From positions 32,001 to 96,000 of the forward strand of contig CAVRBU010000013.1 of assembly GCA_963719315.1 (NCBI GenBank): a stretch of DNA of 64,000 nucleotides. The letters run 5' to 3'. The position numbers were made by a program, and so were the translations under genes. The notes beneath the pieces are model-generated. The model saw only the letters and a program-made list of their open reading frames with translations. It had not been told where the DNA came from and ran no database searches. This document shows, piece after piece, positions 9,887 to 20,682 of the stretch. The DNA is from an uncultured Planctomycetota bacterium. GTDB lineage: Bacteria > Planctomycetota > Planctomycetia > Pirellulales > Lacipirellulaceae. Numbering within the stretch: the first letter of the stretch is position 1; every line of letters begins with the position of its first letter.

Positions 9887-11774
9887 TCAATCGACGGTCG
9901 CGCACACGAGCCGGAGCGACAATTCGCCTGCCGCTTCCGATTGGGCGGAGATTGCCGACACGGCCCACCGCGACAGGGCCAAGAGCGACCAGGCGACGGA
10001 GTGCAAATCATTGTGAAACCATGGGTCTGCGGCCTCTCCGGGATGCACGAATTCGGGATCGCTCCAACGGCCCTCGTCGTCCTGCACATCCAGCAGGAAC
10101 TCCACTCCACGTCGCGCCGCCCGGTGACTCGCCTTACCGGCCGCCACCAGGGCCATGACTACCCACGCCGTCGGCGTCGCGGCGCTTTGATCTGGCGCAC
10201 CGTGCTCGTCTTCGTGGCATGAATCGCCCCAACCGCCAGCGGCTCGCTGATGAACAATCAACCAATTCGCTCCGGCCGCAATCGCGTCGTCGCCAATCGT
10301 TACGCCGGCCGCCACCAACCCACTAATTGCGAACGACGTGGCCTGGATCTGCTTTGCGCTAGGAGCGTCGCCCCAACTGCCGTCGGCTCGCTGCGTCGAA
10401 CGCAGGTAGCCAATTGCCCGATCGACGGCCAATCGCGCTTTGTCCACACCATGAATGCATAACGCTTCCACCGCGGCACTCGTGACGGCAACGTCACTCT
10501 TATTTAGTCCAGCGCGTGCGGAATCCTGCTCGCCCCACCTACCGTCTGGGCGTTGAAGCTGAATAAGCCTCGCGACTAGTTCTTCGACCAGCGTCCCGCT
10601 GGTGTTTTCATCCCACAGTTCACTGAGCTTATCATCGGCGTCGTCCGACCATTCGTTGCATACTTCAATCTCGGGCGGAAGCGAATATGCGTCGACCGCA
10701 GTTACGTCCGCCGGCCGAAGAGCCAAAAGTGCGCATCGCTAGTGCCGCAGGTGCGGCGGACTCCGCCAACAATGCCCCGTCGCGCAATGCCGCCATGCCA
10801 CTCGAAACAGCAAAGTGATTCTGCGACATCCCACTCGCTAGTAGGGAGCGAACGACGACCGCCGTATCGATCTGTGGCGTCGAAGCCAGTTGCGGCGACG
10901 CCGTGTTCTCGTCCTCATCAACGTGCACCAGCGCCGGCAGCCGCGTCACACAGGCGCTCAATTCCTTACTGCCACGAGCGAAGCCGAGTGCTTCGAGAGC
11001 AATCGCGTGCCAGATCACCTCATCGAAGTGAAACTGTTCAATCCGATCCGGTGTATTTGGCGAGACGGGATTCGCCTCAATCCGATCCATCGTGCGTCGG
11101 ATGTCCTGCGGCTCGCGCCACTTTTTCGGTTCCTCGATGAATAGCTCTCGAACGCCTCGCTCGATGCCAACGGCGCGCACCGGGCGATGCGACCAGAGGA
11201 TCGAAAACGGCCCGCTTTGCCTGGTTTCGTCGTTAAAAAGCAACATCTCTGGCGGGGCCGGTGGGCAACAGTCGTAATCGATTTGTCCAAACAACGCGAG
11301 GATGTAGCGAGTTGTAGCGTCGGACGCATCGGCGCCGCTGAGCAGCCGGATTCGTTTGCGGGCTCGCGAAAGTCGCTCGGAACTCGGATCGATGCCCAGC
11401 AACTTCAACGCGAAGTAACATTGAACGCTCGAGCTCACGTCCGTCGGTCCGCCGAATAACCGCGACCAACCTCCCGCCAACAATTGCTGATCGAGGATCG
11501 TTGCCGCACACTGCTGCGCAAGTTCAGAGTCCTCGCTGCCTGCATACACCAGCCAGAAAATCAGCAGGCTGGCCAGCGACGCATTGGCCGAATGGTGCCC
11601 GAGCCATACTCCGTCGCTGCTTTGATCTCCGATCAGAAACTGCCGCGCTCGAAGAATCGCGCTGCGAACCGGAGCGGCAAGTTCGGTGCTGAACCGAGGG
11701 GCCAACGGCTTTTGTGTGGCAGTGTGCGGCAGCGCGCCCGTCGAACGGTGACGAACAAGTTCCATCGAGTTCAT
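9887..11774 (-). CDS. Squalene-hopene cyclase-like (QW-repeat) protein, degenerate, split by a frameshift near 10735
   Basis: QW repeats QSSDGVW, QLLAGGW, QRPDGRW, QRADGSW, QRAAGGWG, QDDEGRW; CYFALKLLG; TAWVVMALVAAG. No DXDD motif. Confidence 0.75.
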
Positions 11775-11894
11775 GTGTGCTGCCCGCAGTTGCGACTGTC
11801 ATCCTTGACGTGCACGATCCCCCAAGTGAACTCAGGCAGCTTACGACAGGGCGACGGCCGACGGCAAGTGCACAGGACTGGACTGCTAGCAGCG

Positions 11895-13010
11895 CTAGCG
11901 TTGGCTTCCACTTGAAAGAGAAAGAGGAGTCACGAGCGGCAATTGAATTGCAATCTCAGCTCCGACGCTACGGCGATTCACGATTACTTGTCCGCCGTGA
12001 TCGGTCACGATCCGCCAACATTTCGACGCCCCAAACCCGAGCCCGCGTCCAGCCTCGCGACCGCTGTAAAACGGGTCAAACATGTGGCGTCGAACATCCT
12101 CGGTAATGCCGGGACCGTCATCGCAGACCAACACTTCGGCAAACGAGATGCTGTCGATAAGTCGGCATTGCGCCGAAACTAGAACGTGCCCACCGTCCCC
12201 CACCGCTTCGAGGGCGTTTTTCAAAATGGCTCCAATGGCGACCGCGAGTTGCGTTTCGTCTGCCAAAACTTCGACGGCCTCTGTCTCACCGTCGAATTTC
12301 AATTCAACGCCATATTCCCGGGCGAGATCGCTCTGTTCGGCGACGACCTTTCGCACTAAGGACCGTAAGTCGCACGGAGCTAGCCGCAACTTCGGCGGCC
12401 GCGCGAACAGCATCAAATCGGAGATCATCTCGTGCGCCCGCATGGCCTGACGATGAATCGCCATGAGCTTCCGTTGCCGTTCCGAATCCGTCTCCTCTTC
12501 GAGCAGCGTCTGCGCTCGGGCCGCGATGTTGGCTAGCGGATTATTGATCTCGTGGCTCGCTCCATACGCGAGCTCCTTGAGCGATTCCAGTTTTTCATGT
12601 TCCAAACGGCGCTCGAAGTCATCAGTCTGCCGCGCACACGCTTCGAGCCTGGCCACCAGCAGCGGCAGTCGCCAACTGATGTCGTTTGTAGGTGGAAGCT
12701 GAGGCTCGGAGCGAAGGGACGAGGCTAATTCGCGTTCCAGGCAACTGCACAGCCAGGCAGCAGCCTCCTCAACCCGATTGATGGTCCGACCCAAGCGCAC
12801 TTCGGCCGTGCGCAGTGCCCAAGAGGACGCGTTACCATCGGCCGATAGCGCGGCAGTCAACTCCAGAAGTCGATCCACCTCATCGGTTGATAGAAGTGCC
12901 CTCTCCAGTGCCAAGACCGTCGCCTCGGCGATTGGCAACAACTCCGGCGGAACTGGAGAGTCCGCGTCCGCTGGTGGCTGCAGAAAGAGCATCGAGCACG
13001 AGCGTACCAC
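11895..13010 (-). CDS. Cytoplasmic sensor histidine kinase (HisKA + HATPase)
   Basis: ASHEINNPL H-box, KNALEA N-box, DDGPG, FDPFYS, GRGLG. Confidence 0.9.
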   Translation of the reverse strand: MVRSCSMLFLQPPADADSPVPPELLPIAEATVLALERALLSTDEVDRLLELTAALSADGNASSWALRTAEVRLGRTINRVEEAAAWLCSCLERELASSLRSEPQLPPTNDISWRLPLLVARLEACARQTDDFERRLEHEKLESLKELAYGASHEINNPLANIAARAQTLLEEETDSERQRKLMAIHRQAMRAHEMISDLMLFARPPKLRLAPCDLRSLVRKVVAEQSDLAREYGVELKFDGETEAVEVLADETQLAVAIGAILKNALEAVGDGGHVLVSAQCRLIDSISFAEVLVCDDGPGITEDVRRHMFDPFYSGREAGRGLGFGASKCWRIVTDHGGQVIVNRRSVGAEIAIQLPLVTPLSLSSGSQR

Positions 13011-13017
13011 GCGCCGT

Positions 13018-13599
13018 TTAACTGTGCGGCACCGTTTCGACGTCGAGCAACTGGCAGATGCGATCGATCAACGCTTCCACATCAAACGGCTTCTTGAGGA
13101 AATCGTTTGCGCCCGCGTCGCGCAATTGCTGAATCTTGTCTTCTTCGACCATGCCTGAGATGCAGACGACGCGCACATCATCCATCGTCTTGTCGCTACG
13201 AACTAGGCGACACACTTCCATGCCGTTGATATCGGGCAGCATCACGTCGAGCACGACCAGATCGGGACGGAACTCCTTGATCAACATGCCGGCGCCGAAG
13301 CCGTTGTTTACGCTGCGAACTTCGAATCGGCCGTCGCGCACCAATTGATCGACGATCAATTCAACCAAATCCTCATCGTCATCCACGACCAGAATTTTGC
13401 GTTTGCCGCTGTCGAGCGCATCGGTCGGAATGCCGTTGTCGCGCATGAACGAGTACAACTGATCGCGCGGGATCCGGCGGAAACGACTGCCCGGCACGCG
13501 GAAGCCTTTCAGTTGGCCCGAATCAAAGCAACGAATGATGGTCTGCTGACTGACCTTGCAGATCTTGGCAGCTTCGCCGGTTGTAAAAACAGTTTTCAT
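13018..13599 (-). CDS. Response regulator with N-terminal excisionase/MerR-like HTH and C-terminal receiver domain
   Basis: MKTVFTTGEAAKICKVSQQTIIRCFD; ILVVDDD, LDVMLPD, KPF; GAGGGGT RBS. Confidence 0.9.
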   Translation of the reverse strand: MKTVFTTGEAAKICKVSQQTIIRCFDSGQLKGFRVPGSRFRRIPRDQLYSFMRDNGIPTDALDSGKRKILVVDDDEDLVELIVDQLVRDGRFEVRSVNNGFGAGMLIKEFRPDLVVLDVMLPDINGMEVCRLVRSDKTMDDVRVVCISGMVEEDKIQQLRDAGANDFLKKPFDVEALIDRICQLLDVETVPHS

Positions 13600-13844
13600 T
13601 TGCTCGACCACCCCTCTCCCTAGTTGATGGTAAGACAATCCTTGCCCTAACGTGCGGCGTTGGCGAGTGTAACCAAAACCCGCCAATTCACACCCTTGAG
13701 CATTCCTCCGACAAAAACTACCCTTTAACACCCGACCTCGCAGAACCCCTCAGTCCGCTGTTGTTTCCACAATTCTATCGGAGGTCGCAACCGGCAAGAT
13801 CGACCATAGCTACCAAAGTTGCCTGCTTTGCCACGTGTCAGCGA

Positions 13845-13872
13845 ATTATATCGGAGTGAACCGCTGCGTCAA
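13845..13872 (-). promoter_or_regulatory. Sigma70-type promoter TTGACG-N16-TATAAT for the regulator/kinase genes
   Basis: The minus strand reads ttgacg cagcggttcactccga tataat. Confidence 0.6.
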
Positions 13873-14089
13873 TATCGGTTGATTTAGTGTAACATGATAC
13901 AACACCACGAGTTACGGCGAACTCTGTTATGGCAGCACTTTTTTTCTCAACCGTTGCTTCCATGCTCAAAACAAAGTTGACACTTGTGCACTGCTAACTG
14001 GTTCCGCGAGCGACGCGGCTGGCCAATCCTCGCTAAATACCGCAAGACCACAGCTCGGCACTCCGCCCCAAGCTACCCGAATCAACCGC

Positions 14090-16018
14090 CTACCGCGTTG
14101 TGGCGGCTTTGCCCTTCCCATCAAGATGCACGATCAAAAGCGCCACGTCGGCCGGCGTGATGCCACTGATGCGGCTCGCCTGTGAGAGATTGCGCGGCCG
14201 CACGCGGGTAAGCTTTTCGCGGGCTTCGGCTCGAAGTTGGGAGATGGCGTCGTAGCGGAAGCTGTCGGGGATCCGCTTCTCCGCCAAACGCGATTGCCGC
14301 TCGACCTCGGTCTGCTGCCTGGCAACATAGCCCGCGTATTTCAAATCGATGGCAACTTGCTCGGCAACGTGAAAATCAACCGCTCCCAATTCCGGCAGTC
14401 GAGCGACGACGTCCTTCCACGCAACCTCAGGGCGCCGCAGATACTTGGATATCGCGATGCCATCGACCCACGTGCTTTCCATCAACGCCGCTATCCGCTC
14501 GATCTCAGCTATCTTCTGACCAAGCCGATTCCAGCGCTCGGCTCCGACCAGCCCACAGGCGTGTGCCAGCGGCGTTAACCTTCGGTCGGCATTGTCGTGA
14601 CGCAACAGAATCCGATACTCGGCCCGACTGGTGAACATGCGATAAGGCTCGTCCACGCCGCAAGTTACTAAATCGTCAATTAGTACGCCAATATAGGCGT
14701 TATTGCGATCCAAAACGAGCGGCTCGTGTTTGCGGAGCGCGAGTGCCGCGTTCGCGCCGGCGATCAGCCCTTGGGCGGCCGCTTCTTCGTAGCCGGTTGT
14801 TCCGTTGATCTGCCCGGCGAAATACAGACCGGCCACCTGCTTCGTTTCCAAAGTCGCCCGCAATTGATCGGGCGGGGCGTAATCGTATTCCACTGCGTAG
14901 CCGTACCGCATGATCTCGGCCCGCTCGAGCCCGGGAATCTCGCGAAACATTGCATCCTGCACATCGCGGGGCAAGCTGGTTGAAACGCCGTTCACATAGA
15001 CTTCTCGCGTGCGCCGCCCTTCCGGCTCCAAAAACAGTTGGTGACGCGGCTTATCGGCGAACCGCACGACCTTGTCCTCAATCGACGGGCAATACCGCGG
15101 ACCGCTCGAAGCAATTTGGCCGCTGTACATCGGCGCGCGGTGCAAGTTGGCGCGAATTAAATCGTGAACGGCGTCGTTCGTATACGTGAGGTAGCACGGC
15201 AATTGCTCGACCTCGAGCCGCGACGTGAGAAACGAGAATGGTTCGGGATGGTCGTCGCCCGGTTGCAGTTCCACCTGGTCGTAGTCGATCGTGCGGCCAT
15301 TCAAGCGCGGCGGCGTACCCGTTTTAAATCGTGCCAGTCGAAATCCCAACCGCACGAGGGAAGCGCTAATGCCACCGGTCGTGCCTTCACCGGCGCGACC
15401 GCCGGGCGTTTTCGTTTCACCGGTGTGCATCAACGCCTGCAGAAATGTACCCGTCGTCAGCACGACGGCACGCGCTCGATACACTGCATCACCGCGAACT
15501 TGGACGCCCACGACTAGCTGGGTGCCATGCTCTCGCGACGCGCTTACATGCCCACGCTCGCTGGCGGCGTTGGTCGTGCCGCGTGAGCATGTCGTTGCCA
15601 GCGAGGGCATGCCACCCGAAGTTTCCGTCAACAAATCCTCCACCACTTCTTGCCGCAACGTTAAATTCGGCATCTCTTCCACCAATCGCTTGATCTCGGC
15701 CTGATATGCTTTCTTATCCGCCTGAGCCCGCGGGCTGTGCATCGCCGGGCCTTTGCTGCGATTGAGCATGCGAAACTGAATGCCGGTCGCATCGATGGCT
15801 TGTCCCATGGCGCCGCCGAAGGCGTCGATCTCGCGCACGATCTGCCCTTTCCCCACACCGCCGATGGCCGGGTTGCAACTCATTTGCCCGACCGTATCGC
15901 AGTTGGTCGTGAGAAGGGCGGTTTTCGCGCCCAATCGCGCGGCAGCCAGGGCCGCCTCCGTCCCGGCATGCCCCGCGCCGACAACGATCACATCGTATTC
16001 ATACTCAATCGCTGCCAT
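14090..16018 (-). CDS. mnmG: tRNA U34 carboxymethylaminomethyl modification enzyme MnmG (GidA), with a ~33-aa insertion
   Basis: [56 protein letters not shown]. Confidence 0.97.
   Translation of the reverse strand: MAAIEYEYDVIVVGAGHAGTEAALAAARLGAKTALLTTNCDTVGQMSCNPAIGGVGKGQIVREIDAFGGAMGQAIDATGIQFRMLNRSKGPAMHSPRAQADKKAYQAEIKRLVEEMPNLTLRQEVVEDLLTETSGGMPSLATTCSRGTTNAASERGHVSASREHGTQLVVGVQVRGDAVYRARAVVLTTGTFLQALMHTGETKTPGGRAGEGTTGGISASLVRLGFRLARFKTGTPPRLNGRTIDYDQVELQPGDDHPEPFSFLTSRLEVEQLPCYLTYTNDAVHDLIRANLHRAPMYSGQIASSGPRYCPSIEDKVVRFADKPRHQLFLEPEGRRTREVYVNGVSTSLPRDVQDAMFREIPGLERAEIMRYGYAVEYDYAPPDQLRATLETKQVAGLYFAGQINGTTGYEEAAAQGLIAGANAALALRKHEPLVLDRNNAYIGVLIDDLVTCGVDEPYRMFTSRAEYRILLRHDNADRRLTPLAHACGLVGAERWNRLGQKIAEIERIAALMESTWVDGIAISKYLRRPEVAWKDVVARLPELGAVDFHVAEQVAIDLKYAGYVARQQTEVERQSRLAEKRIPDSFRYDAISQLRAEAREKLTRVRPRNLSQASRISGITPADVALLIVHLDGKGKAATTR
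15520..15617. repeat. Palindromic element (family C) in frame within mnmG
   Basis: Ends GGGTGCCATGCTCTCGC / GCGAGGGCATGCCACCC (15/17 complementary) with an inner stem; homologous to 40473-40571. Confidence 0.88.
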
Positions 16019-16184
16019 CCCCTAAGCATACCGATACACAGGTGTCGCGCACACAGCCGCGGAGATCGAGCAAACTGCCCATAACCGCGACATTTTGCTT
16101 GCTTTTGAGTTCGGCAGTGATATGCTAACCAGCAGGTAGGCCTTTTCGCTTCCGACCAATGCTCGTTTCTCCTGGGGGCGTCTA

Positions 16185-16838
16185 ATGAATCGTTGCATGG
16201 GCTTTGGCTGTCTGGCGCTCGGCTTTCTATTCGGCAACTCGGCGCTCGCCTTCGACGCCTACAACAATTTTGGTCCTGGCGATACCTACGATACCACAAC
16301 CGGCTGGGCCGTAACCGGCGGCGACTACGCTCCGTTCATTCCACATATTCAAGGGTCGCGGTTCACATCGGAGGCCACTGGCATCCTCGCCGTGATCCGA
16401 ATCTCGCTCCACAACTCATTTCATATGCCGCCCGGTTTCAACCAAGTCGATGTCCGGCTATATGAAGCGGATTTGGCGGGCGACATTGGCCCGATCATGG
16501 CGGCCTTTACACGCGGCGGATTGCCCACTTTTGGCGGCTCAGAAGCTCCGGAAACGATCAGCAGTTTCGATCCCGCAGTTGTTCTTACCACCGGAAAGCA
16601 GTATTGGATCGTGGTCGCCCCCGGCGACCATAGCACCGACGCGGTCTGGAATTGGAACTCGCTTGGTTTGAGCGACCGCCACGCCAACTCGATCGATAGC
16701 GGAGCGACCTACATGTACTCTGATGCCCGCGTCGGCGCGATGCGGATCGAGGTTATCTCGATCCCCGAACCGGCGACGCTGGTCACGCTGGCGATAGGCA
16801 TCGTTGGACTCGCGCTTTGCCGCCAACGCCGTCGTTAA
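16185..16838 (+). CDS. PEP-CTERM secreted protein
   Basis: Signal peptide; C-terminal IPEPATLVTLAIGIVGLALCRQRRR. Confidence 0.9.
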   Translation: MNRCMGFGCLALGFLFGNSALAFDAYNNFGPGDTYDTTTGWAVTGGDYAPFIPHIQGSRFTSEATGILAVIRISLHNSFHMPPGFNQVDVRLYEADLAGDIGPIMAAFTRGGLPTFGGSEAPETISSFDPAVVLTTGKQYWIVVAPGDHSTDAVWNWNSLGLSDRHANSIDSGATYMYSDARVGAMRIEVISIPEPATLVTLAIGIVGLALCRQRRR

Positions 16839-16870
16839 TCCGAGCTATCTCGCCACTCGGCTCGCGGCGT

Positions 16871-18547
16871 CTACTTTCTGCCGCTACGAATCTCGAACGG
16901 CACGGTGGCGTGGCCCAGCTTGTCGCTTTGCCGGTCCTTCACGACGAGTTCCACCCGATAACGGCCGGGCGATAAACTCTCCGGCATGGCGAGCCCGAAT
17001 TGAATGTGAAAGTCGCGCCTTCGGCTGCGGCAGCAGTCATCCACATCGGGGAATTCGCCACCGCTGACGCGCTTGCCCTTATTGTCGACGATCTCATACG
17101 TCGCCCCCAGCAGCGTGCAGTACCCTTTTTCATTCGACGCGCTGTGGAAATTCTCCACCTCGACGTAGAGCGAAACCTGCTGTCCCGGCGTGAAGTTGTC
17201 GGTCTCGTACGGTTCGTACGCGCCGTAACCGTACACGTTTTTACAGAACGACAGATTCCGAAGCGAGAGCGATCCCAACTCGCGCAGGTGCGACACGGCT
17301 TCGTCCAAATGGGCCACACTGGCGGCCGCGCGACGTTTGTCGTCCGGCTGGCTGTGATGGTCGAGGTACGTCGCCAACGCAAAGATTTGGCGGGACCAAT
17401 AATCCTGCTCGGCGGGGGGAATGTGGGGTATCGGTTCCAGCGCCTGCTCCGTATCGCCTGCCAGCAGCCGTAACAGCCGCAAACTCACGTGCTGATGGAT
17501 TTCGGCCGTCGTCGTCGGCGATGTCGCGACGTGCTGACTCAAGTCGTCCGCCGCCTTCTGCACCAGTTGCTGCCATTCGTCGGCGGCGTTTGCGGTCGAC
17601 GGACTTGACCGCGTGGCTGAGGAAATTTGTTCGTTGGCGGACCTCGCGGGCAACTTGCCGATCGCCTCGTCGGCTCTCACCTTCGCAAGTGCCTGCGTGA
17701 CGACATGCAACACATCCGAAGCGGGCGTTTGAAAAGCGGCCGATTCCGTGCCTGCTCCACGCGCCGCGGCAATCGGGTACATCGGCTCCAGGGCGGCGAA
17801 TTCCGCCGGGGCCGAACCATCCGTGGGCAAAGCAAGCCCGCTCTCCAGCGGTCGCGGCATTGAGTAGGGCAGCGATTGTGCCAGTATCAAATCACTTTCC
17901 GTACTCGCCCCGCGCGGATCGGCCAACGCACCAATCGCGGTGGATGACTGATTCGCCGCGGCTGCCAACGCCGCCTTCGTAGCAAAGTCCGACGTTGAAC
18001 GCGACCCATCGTTCGCCGCATTAGGCGGGGGCGTCCGGTGAATCTGAGCCATCGGTTCGGGGGCTTGTTCCGTCTTGGGAGGCTTCGCGGCGAGCTGTTG
18101 ATGATATGCTAGCGACGCCCGATACTGCTCCGCCACCAGCGGCCAGGAGCTCGGCGGCGTCCGCTTCAATTCATCGAGCAACTTCTGCTCGGCGGCCGGG
18201 TCCATCTCGCGAACTTGCGATAGCTTTTCCATCACGCCCGCCATGTCGGTCGCGGTATCGTCGGCTCCAATCGGCGGAATTGGCGTCTGTGCATTCGCCG
18301 GCGGACTGCTACGCGCGACCGATGGTCGAGAGAATCCGCCTTTCGAGGCCGGTGTCGACCAGGGCGCCAAGCAACCAACTGTCAGCGTTGAAAACGCACA
18401 ACCAATTAGTGCGCTAGTCAAGTTGCGCGGGTCAGGCTCATACTGTTGGTGCTGAGAATCCCTGGCGGATGCCGAGAATGCGGGGGGCGAATCGTAGGGA
18501 AATGTGTGGATGCTGGCAAGGCAGAACACGTAGAGCAGTTTCTCCAC
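16871..18547 (-). CDS. Hypothetical probable lipoprotein
   Basis: LTVGC lipobox-like segment, Ala/Pro-rich linker, Ig-like C-terminal region (PGRYRVELVVKD). True start probably near 18425-18440. Confidence 0.65.
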   Translation of the reverse strand: MEKLLYVFCLASIHTFPYDSPPAFSASARDSQHQQYEPDPRNLTSALIGCAFSTLTVGCLAPWSTPASKGGFSRPSVARSSPPANAQTPIPPIGADDTATDMAGVMEKLSQVREMDPAAEQKLLDELKRTPPSSWPLVAEQYRASLAYHQQLAAKPPKTEQAPEPMAQIHRTPPPNAANDGSRSTSDFATKAALAAAANQSSTAIGALADPRGASTESDLILAQSLPYSMPRPLESGLALPTDGSAPAEFAALEPMYPIAAARGAGTESAAFQTPASDVLHVVTQALAKVRADEAIGKLPARSANEQISSATRSSPSTANAADEWQQLVQKAADDLSQHVATSPTTTAEIHQHVSLRLLRLLAGDTEQALEPIPHIPPAEQDYWSRQIFALATYLDHHSQPDDKRRAAASVAHLDEAVSHLRELGSLSLRNLSFCKNVYGYGAYEPYETDNFTPGQQVSLYVEVENFHSASNEKGYCTLLGATYEIVDNKGKRVSGGEFPDVDDCCRSRRRDFHIQFGLAMPESLSPGRYRVELVVKDRQSDKLGHATVPFEIRSGRK

Positions 18548-18551
18548 GTGC

Positions 18552-19733
18552 CTAATAACGATTCACGCGCCGCAGTAGCCAGATGCCGGCGAGCGCTAGC
18601 ACGATGTTTCCCAACCATACCGATTGCGGCGGAAAGACGCCATTTTTTGCCTGATCGACACTAACCGCTATCAACGGATAGTACACCAGCAGAATCGGCA
18701 AGAAGCAAATGAAGAAGCTGGCGATGAACTCGCTGAATCGCATCCACACGGAAACCGGCACGCCGACCAACACGAAACATAGGCAGCTAAAACCGTTTGC
18801 CCAGCGCCGCCAGGGCTCAGTGTGCAAACGATACAAACGTGTCTTGGCGTTTTCGATTTCCTTGTCGTTCGCTTTCCAGGTAGCGTTGGAAAGCGAGTCA
18901 AAGTCTCCCGTAAGCATGCCGAATGCCGCTTGCGCGATGTTGGCCTGCTCGACTTTCGCGACGACTTGCTCCTGCTCTTTGATCGCCGGGGCAATTTCCG
19001 ACAGCGCGTAGTTCGAGGGACTGCGATTCCTCTGCGTCGAACCGGTTAAGTCTTCGACGGACATGACGTACTCGAACGTGCCGGGGTCACTGTAGTTCAC
19101 CCCGCCAGCGAGCTCAAAGCAGTGGAAACGGATGACGAGTTTTCCCTCGTCCGGCAACAAGTTTAACTCCGCATCCTGGGCCGAAATCGTCCAGGCCGGC
19201 CGGTCGCCTGTAGCTTGCACGATGACGGTAGGCCAGATGAGCTTGTGCCCTTCCACTTCGCGAACTGTGATATTGGCTTTGCCGAGATTGTAGGTATGCC
19301 GCATACGGAGCTGGCCGTAAGTCACTTCCTCGATCGAGGCCAAAAACACCCGCTTTACGCCCATCATTCCCCAGCTCACGGCGACATCGTTGATTACGAC
19401 AGCGATGAAGCTGACGAACGTGGCCAGAATCAGCGTTGGCCATATCAGCGTCATCGGCGATATCCCGAGCGATTTGATGGCGACGATTTCGTTGTACGAC
19501 GCCATGCGGCCGTAGACGCTGGTCGTAGCCAGCAGCATCGTGCCGGGTACTGCGAATTGCATGGCTTGCGGAAGAAGGTACGGCGCCATCCGCAGTAATG
19601 GACCGAGACCAATCCCTTTGTCTACTGCTTCCTTGCCGATCAGCACGATGAAGATCAACAACGTCAAGCCAGTGAGCGTCAACAGGAAGACCTTCAGTAG
19701 GTCGAACAGCACGTAACGCGTCAAAATGCGCAT
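18552..19733 (-). CDS. LptF/LptG family LPS export permease
   Basis: MRILTRYV, YGRMASYNEIVAIKSLGIS, CLCFVLVGVP, WLGNIV. Confidence 0.9.
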   Translation of the reverse strand: MRILTRYVLFDLLKVFLLTLTGLTLLIFIVLIGKEAVDKGIGLGPLLRMAPYLLPQAMQFAVPGTMLLATTSVYGRMASYNEIVAIKSLGISPMTLIWPTLILATFVSFIAVVINDVAVSWGMMGVKRVFLASIEEVTYGQLRMRHTYNLGKANITVREVEGHKLIWPTVIVQATGDRPAWTISAQDAELNLLPDEGKLVIRFHCFELAGGVNYSDPGTFEYVMSVEDLTGSTQRNRSPSNYALSEIAPAIKEQEQVVAKVEQANIAQAAFGMLTGDFDSLSNATWKANDKEIENAKTRLYRLHTEPWRRWANGFSCLCFVLVGVPVSVWMRFSEFIASFFICFLPILLVYYPLIAVSVDQAKNGVFPPQSVWLGNIVLALAGIWLLRRVNRY

Positions 19734-20030
19734 CGGCAGTTCCAGCAAAGGCAATCTCAGGGCAAAGTTCTGAATATTCTTACGGCGCTCCGCGGGTCGC
19801 ACACTCTAACAGGATCGGCGCAAGTTGAACAACGACAATGAGAACGCGAACCACGCCTCGAAAAGATCACCCTGATCTGCTAGCGTCACCACCAGACTGG
19901 AGTATGAAGATCGAATCGCTGCACTATCATGATCATGGCGGATGGGCATGCCGCAATTGACGGCCTCGCCCAGAACCCCTACAAGCATCGTTTCTAAGAG
20001 ATAAGTCCGCACCACTTGGAGAGAATATCC

Positions 20031-20660
20031 ATGGCATCAGGACGGATGTTGGCCGGCAGCGGACAGTCGATTCTAGATGAAACATTGTGGCAAAAGTTTA
20101 TCAAATTCCTGCTCCATCGCCGTGTGCCGATTACGGCATTCGTGTTCATTGCGCTGATTGTGGAGGACGTAATTAGTCGCGTTCGCCCGCACAGTCTTCT
20201 AAACTTTCGCGATTACTACGCCCTCTTAGGCTTGGGGCTCGTTTTTTCGGGCCTCGGTTTGCGATCGTGGGCGGCAGGAACGCTGCACAAACGCACGCAA
20301 CTCGCCACCAGTGGGCCATACGGCCTTTTCCGCCACCCGCTTTACATCGGGTCGCTGTTCATGATGCTGGGATTTTGCACCCTGATCGGCGACAAGGAAA
20401 ACATCTGGTTCGTTCTGGGACCGATTCTGTTGCTGTATATCTTACGTGCTAATCACGAAGAAAAAATCATCTCGGCCGCCTTCCCGGAACAATGGCCTGC
20501 GTATGCCGATAAGGTCCCGCGTTTTATTCCGCGGAAGTTGCCGACGCAGGTGTTCGCCGATTGGAGTCTTGGCCAGTGGTTAAACAATCGCGAGTACCAG
20601 GCCGTGAGCGCCGTGCTGCTCGGATTGGTGGCCTTGCAAGGGTGGCACATGATGCTCTAA
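20031..20660 (+). CDS. Isoprenylcysteine carboxyl methyltransferase / PEMT family membrane protein
   Basis: LATSGPYGLFRHPLYIGS, EE...F...W..Y...VPRFIP. Confidence 0.85.
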   Translation: MASGRMLAGSGQSILDETLWQKFIKFLLHRRVPITAFVFIALIVEDVISRVRPHSLLNFRDYYALLGLGLVFSGLGLRSWAAGTLHKRTQLATSGPYGLFRHPLYIGSLFMMLGFCTLIGDKENIWFVLGPILLLYILRANHEEKIISAAFPEQWPAYADKVPRFIPRKLPTQVFADWSLGQWLNNREYQAVSAVLLGLVALQGWHMML

Positions 20661-20682
20661 ATGAGCGGTCCGGCACCCTGAA

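Noticed and set aside
15520..15617. Intein or intron in mnmG
   Set aside because: Too short, with no intein terminal motifs or group I/II intron features; a palindromic repeat explains it.
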